Below, one piece after another: positions 17,626 to 25,930 of a stretch of 33,178 nucleotides of DNA. The stretch is from an uncultured Dehalococcoidales bacterium (GTDB lineage: Bacteria > Chloroflexota > Dehalococcoidia > E44-bin15). The stretch spans positions 1 to 33,178 of the forward strand of contig CAYSLE010000002.1 of assembly GCA_964431905.1 (NCBI GenBank), given 5' to 3'. The notes under the pieces are model-generated. The model was given only the letters and a program-made list of their open reading frames with translations, was not told the origin of the DNA and made no database searches. The position numbers were made by a program, and so were the translations under genes. Position 1 is the stretch's first letter, and each line of letters starts with the position of its first letter.

Positions 17626-18370
17626 TAACGATCACATCGCTCAAGGAGGGGAAAGGGCGAGCCACTCTATCGAGAAAAGCGAGGATGAACCCCGAAACCC
17701 ATCGGGGTAGGATGGAAAGGGTCTTGCCCCAATAAGGAGCGGCCCAGAGAAGAGATATACCCACAGCCTTTTCTACATCGAAATGTTGCTCCACAAGCCC
17801 CCGTAACAACGGGTAATCAAACCTGTAGGTGTGGTCTGGAGGAGGTTGCCACGGAGGTCTTTCATCCTTTTTCCTCTTATTAAGCTTAATCATTATGGGA
17901 TGGGTAGCCTTGCCCAGGCGGCAACTGAGGCTCTCGAAGTTGGCGATAGCGATGACCGTCTTCCCCTTTGGTTTGAGAACCTGGGACATCTCCTCAATGG
18001 TCTTTAGTGGATCGGCGAAGTGATCCAGGGAGCCTTTGCACATGATCTTATCCAGGGAGTGCCTTTTAAAGGGCAGGGCCTCACCGATGCCGCGCACCAG
18101 GTTAACCTGCCCATCGCCGATGTGCTCTTTAGCCCGTGCCACCATCTTCCCCGAGGGGTCAAGGCCTATAACGCTGCCACTCTCTCGTGCCAGCTTCAGA
18201 GCGTCTATCGCTCTGCCACACCCGATGTCCAGAATCTTCTCGCCTTTTTGTGGAGCTACCATGCTCAGGGATACCTGACCCATCTTGGTGAAGACAAAAT
18301 CAGTGTCAGGATAGACCCTCTCCGGGAGTACATCTTCATCGCCCCACTCTAGGTCAAACTTCACGTCCAT
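17600..18370 (-). CDS. Class I SAM-dependent methyltransferase (related to 15629..16336)
   Basis: Motif I ILDIGCGRAIDAL, plus LPFKRHSLDKIMCKGSLDHF and VLKPKGKTVIAIA. It is convergent with GT4 paralog 2 and overlaps its 3' end by 26 bp. No clear SD precedes the ATG. Confidence 0.8.
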   Translation of the reverse strand: MDVKFDLEWGDEDVLPERVYPDTDFVFTKMGQVSLSMVAPQKGEKILDIGCGRAIDALKLARESGSVIGLDPSGKMVARAKEHIGDGQVNLVRGIGEALPFKRHSLDKIMCKGSLDHFADPLKTIEEMSQVLKPKGKTVIAIANFESLSCRLGKATHPIMIKLNKRKKDERPPWQPPPDHTYRFDYPLLRGLVEQHFDVEKAVGISLLWAAPYWGKTLSILPRWVSGFILAFLDRVARPFPSLSDVIVIRLVPKNY

Positions 18371-18378
18371 CGCTCTAA

Positions 18379-18410
18379 GTAATCGCTATTATTACTAGGA
18401 TAACGATTAC
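18379..18410. repeat. 7-bp inverted repeat GTAATCG-N18-CGATTAC in the AT-rich region upstream of the methyltransferase at 17600..18370
   Basis: GTAATCG at 18379..18385 and CGATTAC at 18404..18410. A further overlapping GATTA-CGA-TAATC lies at 18405..18417. The repeat is 9-40 nt upstream of ATG 18370. Confidence 0.4.
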
Positions 18411-18511
18411 GATAATCCAGATAGGTTGATGCAGACCCCAAAAGCACCGTTTTCAGCATGATAGGCGCATTTCACAATTGTAGTCCCGGTATCTGGGCAG
18501 TCGCAGGCCTT

Positions 18512-19063
18512 TTACTTTCGCCGATATTTGGCCATCCCCTCATCGTAGAGGTCGCCGCCATGGGCATCGTTTACCACTATGGCTGGGAAGTCCTCCACTT
18601 CAAGGCGCATGATGGCCTCAGCACCCAGTTCCTCGTAGGCCACCACTTCAGCTTGCTTTATCGATCTGGCGATGAGCGCCCCGGCTCCCCCGATGGCAGC
18701 GAAATATATCGCTTTATGTTTTTTGATGGCCTCCTTCACCTCTGGAGAGCGGCTGCCCTTTCCGATCATTCCCTTAAGCCCTGAGGCGATAAGACGTGGG
18801 GAGTAGCTGTCCATGCGCCCGCTGGTGGTGGGGCCGGCAGCGCCAATGACCTGCCCTGGCTTAGCTGGGGAAGGGCCCATATAATAGACCGTCTGGCCGG
18901 AGATATCGAAGGGCAATTTTTGACCTTGGTCTAGGGCCTCGATGAGCCTCTTATGAGCGGCATCGCGGGCGCTATAGATAACCCCGCTGATGAAAACCTG
19001 GTCTCCAGCTTTGAGAGCCTTGATGGTCTTATCATCAAGGGGCGATGTAATCCTTTTCTGCAT
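18512..19063 (-). CDS. Class I (Fe-S) fumarate hydratase / L(+)-tartrate dehydratase family, beta subunit
   Basis: 183 aa. Motifs GVIYSARDAAHKRL, MIGKGSRS and IYFAAIGGAGAL. RBS GGAGGG is 4 nt before the ATG. Confidence 0.85.
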   Translation of the reverse strand: MQKRITSPLDDKTIKALKAGDQVFISGVIYSARDAAHKRLIEALDQGQKLPFDISGQTVYYMGPSPAKPGQVIGAAGPTTSGRMDSYSPRLIASGLKGMIGKGSRSPEVKEAIKKHKAIYFAAIGGAGALIARSIKQAEVVAYEELGAEAIMRLEVEDFPAIVVNDAHGGDLYDEGMAKYRRK

Positions 19064-19098
19064 TCTACCCTCCTGCCAAATGAGACTTCAGCTTTATA

Positions 19099-19911
19099 CT
19101 ATGGCTGTTTCACAGTAAACGCGGGCACAGCTATCTTCGGCTTGTGCTCAGTTGGCGGTTGAGCTATAGGAGCAGGCGCCTTTGCTTTCCGTAGCCGTAG
19201 GACATCCAGGACCATGGCTCTCTTGAAGAGTTGTATCGCCAGTGCCGGGTCTACCCCCTTGGGGCAGGCTTCTGAGCAGGCACCGGCGAGGTGACAGAGC
19301 CAGACCCCATGACGCGAATCGGCCTTCCGAAATCTCTCACGAGCACCGCTATCCCTGGTATCAGCACAATACCTGTAGGCCTGACCCAGCGGCTGGGGAC
19401 CCAGAAACAAGGGGTCTGTGGCTACGGTGGGGCACGCTGACATACATAGCCCGCACTTCAGGCAATATGAAAATTGAGCGTAACTCTCCAACTCTCTGCT
19501 GGATTGCACTAGTTCGCTCAACGGCCTCTCCGCTGTTTCTGCCTCTAAACCTACTATGTAGGGCTTTATCGCTTTATGCTTTTCAAAGAGGGAATCGAGA
19601 TCGGCCACTAAATCCCGAATAGTAGGGAAGTTAGGCAAAGGCCTTACTTCAATTATGCCCGTCTTCAATTCCTCAACCGGGGTATGGCAGGCGAGCCTGG
19701 GAAATCTGTTGATAAACATACCGCAGGAGCCGCAGATGCCCATACGACAGGAGCTGCGATAGGCCAGGGTGTTATCTATGTTCTCTTTGATATGAATGAG
19801 GCCATCCAGCACCGTCATCCCTTTGCGCAACGGGACGACAAACTCTTGGACATAGGGTTTCTTGTCCTTACCCGGAAGGTATCTTTGAACCTTAAAGGTT
19901 AGTTCTTGCAT
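19099..19911 (-). CDS. sdhB: Succinate dehydrogenase / fumarate reductase iron-sulfur subunit
   Basis: 2Fe-2S CRMGICGSCGMFINRFPRLAC, 4Fe-4S CLKCGLCMSACP, and third cluster CHLAGACSEACP. RBS GAGGAG. Confidence 0.9.
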   Translation of the reverse strand: MQELTFKVQRYLPGKDKKPYVQEFVVPLRKGMTVLDGLIHIKENIDNTLAYRSSCRMGICGSCGMFINRFPRLACHTPVEELKTGIIEVRPLPNFPTIRDLVADLDSLFEKHKAIKPYIVGLEAETAERPLSELVQSSRELESYAQFSYCLKCGLCMSACPTVATDPLFLGPQPLGQAYRYCADTRDSGARERFRKADSRHGVWLCHLAGACSEACPKGVDPALAIQLFKRAMVLDVLRLRKAKAPAPIAQPPTEHKPKIAVPAFTVKQP

Positions 19912-19942
19912 GCGCTGCTCCTCATGTTATAGTTATCATCTC

Positions 19943-20278
19943 TCAAGGAGTCAAAAGGGCATTTATGGGAATATAGACAGCGTAACCGAAAATGGCTATT
20001 CCTGCGAGCACTAGTGTCCCGTCCACAAGCTTAGCTGGGGGTTTGGGTATGGGCAATTCCAAAATTATGGTTCGTAGCCCATGGATCCCGTGGTAAAGGC
20101 CGAAGACCAGAAACAAAACATAGAAGGCGAGCCAACCAGCGCTAGCTGCTCTCCCCGAGACCGCTTCCCAGCTACTGGGCTCACCTAGCACAAACGTTAC
20201 TATGAAGTGGGTGCCCACAAGGAAGAAGAGCGCTATACCTGCGATGTACTGCAGAATCTTCAGTTGGGACTCTCGCAT
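19943..20278 (-). CDS. sdhD: Succinate dehydrogenase / fumarate reductase small membrane anchor subunit
   Basis: 111 aa with 3 hydrophobic helices, His-containing GTHF and LYHGIHGLRTI. Located between sdhC and sdhB. RBS TAGGAGGA. Confidence 0.65.
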   Translation of the reverse strand: MRESQLKILQYIAGIALFFLVGTHFIVTFVLGEPSSWEAVSGRAASAGWLAFYVLFLVFGLYHGIHGLRTIILELPIPKPPAKLVDGTLVLAGIAIFGYAVYIPINALLTP

Positions 20279-20287
20279 GTCGTCCTC

Positions 20288-20740
20288 CTATGTCACGAAC
20301 ACGATTAGGAAATATATTGCCAGCGCCACTATCAGCGCTGCCATTATCCACACCATGGGACGCCTGCGGCGCAGGGAATCAACGTAGGGGTACACCGGTG
20401 TCTTCGGTTTGCCCAGGGTGTACCCCAGTTGCTGCAATATCAGCCTGCCGCCATTAAGGGCATGTATGACAAAGGCGGTCACTACCAGATATTCACCCAC
20501 CATAAACCCGGGATTGGTGAAGATGGCCATTATATCTGACCAGCTGTCAGCACCCCCGATGCGGAAACCATTGGCGACCAAGTGTGTGCATATGAAGAGA
20601 AGCATACCAAGCCCGGTCACCCGGTGCAGGGTGTAAAGATACCTCTCCAGGGTATAGTTACCTCCCCAAACCCAACTCTTGATACCCAAACGATTTGACC
20701 AACGGCGCTTTTCAGTGTCTGCTGTTTTTGTTCCTTCCAT
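20288..20740 (-). CDS. sdhC: Succinate dehydrogenase / fumarate reductase cytochrome b subunit
   Basis: Sequence LERYLYTLHRVTGLGMLLFICTHL (SdhC-type LHRxxG...H heme ligand region) with 3 TM helices. I place the start at ATG 20740, which overlaps the sdhA TGA (ATGA-type junction). The track start at 20839 lies inside sdhA. Confidence 0.75.
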   Translation of the reverse strand: MEGTKTADTEKRRWSNRLGIKSWVWGGNYTLERYLYTLHRVTGLGMLLFICTHLVANGFRIGGADSWSDIMAIFTNPGFMVGEYLVVTAFVIHALNGGRLILQQLGYTLGKPKTPVYPYVDSLRRRRPMVWIMAALIVALAIYFLIVFVT

Positions 20741-22467
20741 CAGTATTTCCTTTCTACTGGAAGCCATAGGGTGATATTTGCCGGTATATAGGCCAGGCGC
20801 GGCCCCTCGGGGGCATAATAGGCTAAGGTATGCTTGCACCAGTTGACGTCGTCCCGATTGGGGAAATCTCGCCTTGAATGCGCACCTCTGGACTCAGTGC
20901 GGGCCAGCCCACCAGCAACAATCACCTCTGCCAGATCGAGCAGGTTCACTGTCTCCATAACCGCCTGGAGATTGGTATTGTATACACGGCTTGTATCTTT
21001 AACCTTTACCTGCCCAGTTCTCTCTTTGAGTTCCCTCACCTTTTTCAAGGCCTTTTCCATATCCGGCCCGTTTCGAAAAACTGCCACGCTGTGATCCATC
21101 GTCCGCTGCAACTCGGTGCGTATGGCATACACATCCTCGCTCCCATCTCCATGCCCGATCTGCTCAAAGACGCGCTTCTCCTCGTCACGCACCTTCTGTG
21201 GGGAGACATCGGGCAAGGACTTCAGTCCCTTACAGTATTGTGCTGCCTTTTCTCCAGCGATCTTGCCCCAGACCAGACATTCGGCGGTGGAGTTAGCGCC
21301 CAAGCGATTCGCCCCGTGCAGGGATACACAGGCCGCCTCTCCTGCGGCCCAAATCCCCTCCACCGGTGTCTTGCCATCGATGTCAGTGTGGATACCTCCC
21401 ATAAAGTAATGGGCCGCCGGGCGGACCGGTATCGGCTGCTCTATGGGGTCGATAAAGGCGAACTTAATAGCGACCTCTCTGATTAGAGGCAGTCGCTCAT
21501 TTATCTTGGCTGCTCCCAGATGGCGCAGATCGAGATTCACATAGTCCAGGCCATCCGGCCCTTGGAAACCCCTGCCTTCCAGAATCTCGGTTATCTCTGA
21601 ACGGGACACTATATCCCGTGGTGCGGTCTCCATCTTGGCCGGGGCATACTTCTCCATGAACCGCTCATCCTTATTGTTCTTCAGGTATCCACCCTCGCCT
21701 CTGGCCCCCTCGGTGATGAGGATGCCCGATGGTATCAGCCCCGTGGGGTGAAACTGCACGAACTCTAAGTCCTTTAGCGGCAATCCCGCCCGATAGGCCA
21801 TAGCCGCACCATCCCCGGTGGCGGTGAGGGAGTAGGTGGTGAATCCAAACATGCGGCAGGCGCCGCCGGTGGCGATAACCAGGGCCTTACCTCTTATTAA
21901 GAAGAAATCTCCGGTTGTCATATTCCAGGCGGTTATGCCCTGGAAGATGCCATTGTCTATCAAGATAGAGGTAACATAGCATTCGTCATAGCGGGTGACG
22001 CTGGCATACCTCTGAAGGGTATCGTATAGAGTATGCATCTCGAAGAAGCCGGTCTTATCCTCGGCAAAGGTAGCCCGATCGAAGCTGTGGCCGCCAAAGG
22101 GCCTCTGGTTTATACGACCATTAGCATCTCTAGACCAGGGAATGCCCCAGCGGTCGAGCTGGCGAATTTCCTTTGGCGACTCTTCGACGAAGCGCATCAC
22201 CACATCCTGGTCAGCGAGGAAATCGCTCCCCCTTACTGTGTCCCAGGCATGAAGCTCCAGGCTATCACCCTCATCGGTGCGCAAGACCGCTGCCGTGCCG
22301 CCCTCAGCGCAGACGGAATGGGAACGCATTAGCTGAACCCTGGAGACAATGGCTATATCCACCTCGCCATTGCTCACCCGCGCCGCTTCAACTGCTGCCC
22401 TCAAACCAGCCAGGCCGGAACCGAGGATCACCAAGTCATGAATAGCCACCATCCTATCATTCTCCAA
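20740..22467 (-). CDS. sdhA: Succinate dehydrogenase / fumarate reductase flavoprotein subunit
   Basis: Motifs LVILGSGLAGLRAA, RSHSVCAEGG (FAD-linking His region), FVQFHPTG, EGARGEGG, HYFMGGI and SLHGANRLGANS. The likely true start is ATG 22452 (MVAIHDL..., GGAG 9 nt upstream) rather than TTG 22467. Confidence 0.95.
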   Translation of the reverse strand: MENDRMVAIHDLVILGSGLAGLRAAVEAARVSNGEVDIAIVSRVQLMRSHSVCAEGGTAAVLRTDEGDSLELHAWDTVRGSDFLADQDVVMRFVEESPKEIRQLDRWGIPWSRDANGRINQRPFGGHSFDRATFAEDKTGFFEMHTLYDTLQRYASVTRYDECYVTSILIDNGIFQGITAWNMTTGDFFLIRGKALVIATGGACRMFGFTTYSLTATGDGAAMAYRAGLPLKDLEFVQFHPTGLIPSGILITEGARGEGGYLKNNKDERFMEKYAPAKMETAPRDIVSRSEITEILEGRGFQGPDGLDYVNLDLRHLGAAKINERLPLIREVAIKFAFIDPIEQPIPVRPAAHYFMGGIHTDIDGKTPVEGIWAAGEAACVSLHGANRLGANSTAECLVWGKIAGEKAAQYCKGLKSLPDVSPQKVRDEEKRVFEQIGHGDGSEDVYAIRTELQRTMDHSVAVFRNGPDMEKALKKVRELKERTGQVKVKDTSRVYNTNLQAVMETVNLLDLAEVIVAGGLARTESRGAHSRRDFPNRDDVNWCKHTLAYYAPEGPRLAYIPANITLWLPVERKY

Positions 22468-22483
22468 TCCGTTGGATCGTCAT

Positions 22484-23329
22484 TTATAGCACCGCTTCTT
22501 TATGCCGGGCGGCGTGGCATTGCAGGTTCACCGCCACCGGGAGGCTGGCGATATGGGTGGGGAAGACCTCAGCATGGACTGCCAGTGCAGTAGTCCTGCC
22601 ACCAAAGCCCTGCGGGCCAATGCCCAAGTCATTGACCCGCTTCAGAATTGCCTGCTCTAGCTCTGCCACCTCTGGGTCGGCATGGTGCTCCCCTACCCGA
22701 CGCAGGAGCGCCTTCTTGGCCAGTATCATGGCCTTATCTGCCGTTCCGCCGATCCCGACACCGACGATGACCGGAGGGCAGGGATTGGAGCCTGCCTCCT
22801 CTACTGCCTTAGCCACAAAGTCGATAACCCCCTGGCGACCCTTAGCCGGGGTGAGGACGGTGAGGCGGCTCATGTTCTCGCTGCCTCCGCCTTTGGGCAG
22901 GACTGTTATCCCAAGGCGATCGCCCTTCACCATCTCGGTATGAATGATGGCCGGAGTATTATCTTTGGTGTTTATTCTAGCGGAAAAGGGCTGGCGGACA
23001 ATCGACTTGCGCAAATAGCCCTCCTTATAGCCCTGGCGCACCCCCTCTTCCACCGCAGCGTAAAGATCGCCGCCAACAATGTGAGCATCCTGCCCCACCT
23101 CGAGAAAAATCACCGCAGTGCCGCAGTCCTGACAGATGGGAATCCGCTCCTCACGGGCGATACCGGCATTCTTCATGATCTGCTCCAGGACCTGGCGCCC
23201 CAAGGGGGATTCCTCATTATCCCTGGCCCGTTTCAATGCGTCCAGGACATCTTCACCGAGGTCGAAATTCGCCTCCTGACAGAGGCGGGCCACTGTTTCC
23301 GTTATCTTCTTCGAACTAATCTCCCTCAT
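22484..23329 (-). CDS. Class I (Fe-S) fumarate hydratase / tartrate dehydratase family, alpha subunit
   Basis: 281 aa. Motifs PICQDCGTAVIFLEVGQD, LPKGGGSEN and VGVGIGGT. Confidence 0.85.
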   Translation of the reverse strand: MREISSKKITETVARLCQEANFDLGEDVLDALKRARDNEESPLGRQVLEQIMKNAGIAREERIPICQDCGTAVIFLEVGQDAHIVGGDLYAAVEEGVRQGYKEGYLRKSIVRQPFSARINTKDNTPAIIHTEMVKGDRLGITVLPKGGGSENMSRLTVLTPAKGRQGVIDFVAKAVEEAGSNPCPPVIVGVGIGGTADKAMILAKKALLRRVGEHHADPEVAELEQAILKRVNDLGIGPQGFGGRTTALAVHAEVFPTHIASLPVAVNLQCHAARHKEAVL

Positions 23330-23403
23330 TTTTCGCCCTTTTTGGCCCCTTAAAGATTTTTCCTATTTTTTGCTTCGTATCCATACTAGCGGTTATATTG
23401 TCT

Positions 23404-24333
23404 TCAATTCAGCTTCATGATACCTATGAGCTCTCGCACTGCCTCCGCCGATTTTTTAAGTGCCTTACTCTCGTCCGCAGTCAGCTTGAGCTCGATGATC
23501 TTCTCCATCCCGTTAGCTCCCAATTTTGCCGGAACACCGACAAAAACCCCCTTTATGCCATACTCACCATCGAGATAAGCGGCACAGGGAAGGATTCTCT
23601 TCTTGTCGAAGATTATAGCTTCCACCATCTGGACCGTTGCCGCCGACGGCGCATAGTAGGCGCTGCCGGTCTTCAGCAGGCTCACGATCTCACCACCGCC
23701 TTTGACCGTGCGCTCCACCAGGGCATCTACTTTTGCCTTGGGCAAGAGCTCGGTTAGCGGTATGCCACCCACTGTGGAGAGCCTGGGGATTGCCACCATG
23801 GTATCTCCATGCCCACCCAGGACGCAGGCGAAGACATCCTCCACCGAGACGTCCAGCTCCCTAGCGATAAAGGTTCGAAACCTTGTGCTATCCAGGATGC
23901 CAGACTGCCCGATCACCCTATTTCTAGGGAACTTGCTCACATGAAGCGCCAGCTGAGACATGGCATCGAGGGGGTTGGTGACCATGATAATGATACATTT
24001 AGGGGAATAGCGCACCACGTTTTGGGTGACACTCTTAATGATCTCCATATTGGTGAGAATGAGGTCGTCACGGCTCATCCCCGGTTTTCTGGGAATGCCC
24101 GAGGTGATAACGACGATATCGGAATCCGCCGTCTCCTCATAGCTATTGGTGCCGATAATGCGGGAATCGGAGGCTAATATCGGGTTGCCCTCCAGTATGT
24201 CCAGGGCCTTCCCCTGAGGCAGCCCCTCAATGATGTCCACCAGCACCACATCGGCGTATCCCTTCTCCGCAATTCTCTGGGCACAAGTAGCGCCCACATT
24301 CCCGGCTCCGATAACTGTTACTTTCTTTCTCAT
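23404..24333 (-). CDS. mdh: Malate dehydrogenase (LDH-like NAD-dependent type)
   Basis: Motifs [31 protein letters not shown] and [18 protein letters not shown] lies within the end of icd. Confidence 0.9.
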   Translation of the reverse strand: MRKKVTVIGAGNVGATCAQRIAEKGYADVVLVDIIEGLPQGKALDILEGNPILASDSRIIGTNSYEETADSDIVVITSGIPRKPGMSRDDLILTNMEIIKSVTQNVVRYSPKCIIIMVTNPLDAMSQLALHVSKFPRNRVIGQSGILDSTRFRTFIARELDVSVEDVFACVLGGHGDTMVAIPRLSTVGGIPLTELLPKAKVDALVERTVKGGGEIVSLLKTGSAYYAPSAATVQMVEAIIFDKKRILPCAAYLDGEYGIKGVFVGVPAKLGANGMEKIIELKLTADESKALKKSAEAVRELIGIMKLN

Positions 24334-24337
24334 CTCA

Positions 24338-25414
24338 CTACTCCTTCATTTTTTGGATTACCGCATCAGCTACCTGTGAGGTGCCCACCGCGGTGGGGTC
24401 ATTGCGGTCGGCTTTCATGTCATAGGTAACAAACTCCCCCTCGGCGATGACCTGCGCTATCGCCCTCTCCACCCTATCAGCAGCCTCGCTCTCTCCCAGG
24501 TGGCGTAGCATAAGCACGCCGGAGAGCATCATAGCCATGGGATTCACCTTATTCTGGCCCGCATATTTGGGGGCGCTGCCATGGGTCGGCTCAAAAACAG
24601 CGATGTCATCGCCGATGTTGGCCCCAGGGGCAAGCCCCAGCCCTCCTACTAGGCCGGCGCAAAGCTCGGAGACGATATCTCCATAAAGGTTGGGCAGGAC
24701 GATAACATCGTGCCGCTGTGGAAAGCGTACCAGTTGCATGCACAGGCTATCGACAATGGTGGTCTCAAACTCGATATCGGGGTAACGCCGGGCAACCTCA
24801 GCGGCAGTGGAGAGGAAAAGGCCATCGGTATACTTAAGGATATTAGCCTTATGAACCGCGGTTACCTTCTTCCTATGGTTTGTGCAAGCATACTCGAAGG
24901 CATACTCAATTATCCTTCGGGAAGCGCTCTCAGAAATGGCCTTAATGCTGAAGCAGGAGTCAGGATTGACCCGGTTTCCGCTTTCCTCAGCGATGAAGCG
25001 GATGAGCCTTCCCGCCTCAGGCCCTCGGAACTCGATACCCATGTAGAGGTCTTCGGTGTTCTCCCTGACCACAACGATATCGACATCGGGGTGAATCCAA
25101 GGAGCACCTGGGTAGCTCTTGCAAGGGCGGAGGCAAACATAAAGGTCTAGCTCTTTTCTCAGCGCGACATTCACGCTACGAAAGCCTGAGCCCACCGGAG
25201 TGGTGATGGGGCCCTTAAGTGCTACCTTGTTTCTCCTCACCGACTCGAAGAGGTACTCAGGGAGTGGAGTGCCATACATATCCTGAGCCCGGTCGCCAGC
25301 GAAAGCCAGTTCCCAGTGGAACTCTATATCGGTTGCCTCCAGAACCCTTACCGCGGCCTGGGTAACCTCAGGGCCGATGCCATCACCTGGAATTAGGGTA
25401 ACATTATAGGCCAA
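24338..25414 (-). CDS. icd: Isocitrate dehydrogenase (short ~358-aa member of the isocitrate/isopropylmalate dehydrogenase family)
   Basis: Motifs [50 protein letters not shown] and [15 protein letters not shown]. The last closely matches the E. coli-type IDH HGTAPKYAGQDKVNP as I recall it. TTG start. Confidence 0.8.
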   Translation of the reverse strand: MAYNVTLIPGDGIGPEVTQAAVRVLEATDIEFHWELAFAGDRAQDMYGTPLPEYLFESVRRNKVALKGPITTPVGSGFRSVNVALRKELDLYVCLRPCKSYPGAPWIHPDVDIVVVRENTEDLYMGIEFRGPEAGRLIRFIAEESGNRVNPDSCFSIKAISESASRRIIEYAFEYACTNHRKKVTAVHKANILKYTDGLFLSTAAEVARRYPDIEFETTIVDSLCMQLVRFPQRHDVIVLPNLYGDIVSELCAGLVGGLGLAPGANIGDDIAVFEPTHGSAPKYAGQNKVNPMAMMLSGVLMLRHLGESEAADRVERAIAQVIAEGEFVTYDMKADRNDPTAVGTSQVADAVIQKMKE

Positions 25415-25429
25415 GATTCATCCCCTTTC

Positions 25430-25930
25430 CTAGGGTTGGAGCGCAAAGCCTCCGTGCTTTCTAATATAAGGGATAAGCCCGCCTTCTTCAAGTATCCGCA
25501 GCATTACATTAGGGAACTTGCCCAGGGCGAGCTCGGCTCCATTGGTGATATCCTTGACCTTGCTTCGGGCGAGGTCAACCTCTAGTTCATCCCCATCATC
25601 TATCTTGTCGGTATCGCATATCAGGACAGGAAGCCCTACGTTTATGGCATTTCTGAAGAAAATGCGCGCCGATGACTTGGCCAGAACCGCGCTGACCCCA
25701 GCCATCTTGATGACGACGGCGGCGTGCTCCCGGCTTGAGCCCAGCCCGAAGTTTACGCCAGCGACGATGAAATCGCCAGGCTGCACCCTTGAAACGAAGT
25801 CGGGGGCCACATCGGCTAAAACATGCTTGGCCAGCTCAGGCAGGTTGCTCCTGAGGTGGAAAAACCTCCCCGGTGTGATGTCATCGGTAGAGATATTGTC
25901 CCCGAACTTGAAAGCTTTGCCTTTGAGCAT
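25430..25930 (-). CDS. LeuD-type (aconitase-family swivel domain) dehydratase small subunit
   Basis: 166 aa. Motifs FGDNISTDDITPGRF and GVNFGLGSSREHA. ATG directly follows the large-subunit TAG. Confidence 0.85.
   Translation of the reverse strand: MLKGKAFKFGDNISTDDITPGRFFHLRSNLPELAKHVLADVAPDFVSRVQPGDFIVAGVNFGLGSSREHAAVVIKMAGVSAVLAKSSARIFFRNAINVGLPVLICDTDKIDDGDELEVDLARSKVKDITNGAELALGKFPNVMLRILEEGGLIPYIRKHGGFALQP

Noticed and set aside
20741-20839. N-terminal extension of the sdhC ORF (track start 20839)
   Set aside because: The extension overlaps the last 33 codons of sdhA. ATG 20740 forms an ATGA-type stop/start junction and gives a normal 150-aa SdhC.
20878-21486. 202-aa + ORF antisense to sdhA (similar cases: 22682..23353, 24710..25150, 25518..26006, 28464..29045, 31391..32068, 15485..15919, 15962..16339, 18020..18352)
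   Set aside because: Each is fully contained in, and opposite to, a gene with strong conserved motifs. None has a family signature or an SD sequence. I treat them as long antisense frames, not genes.
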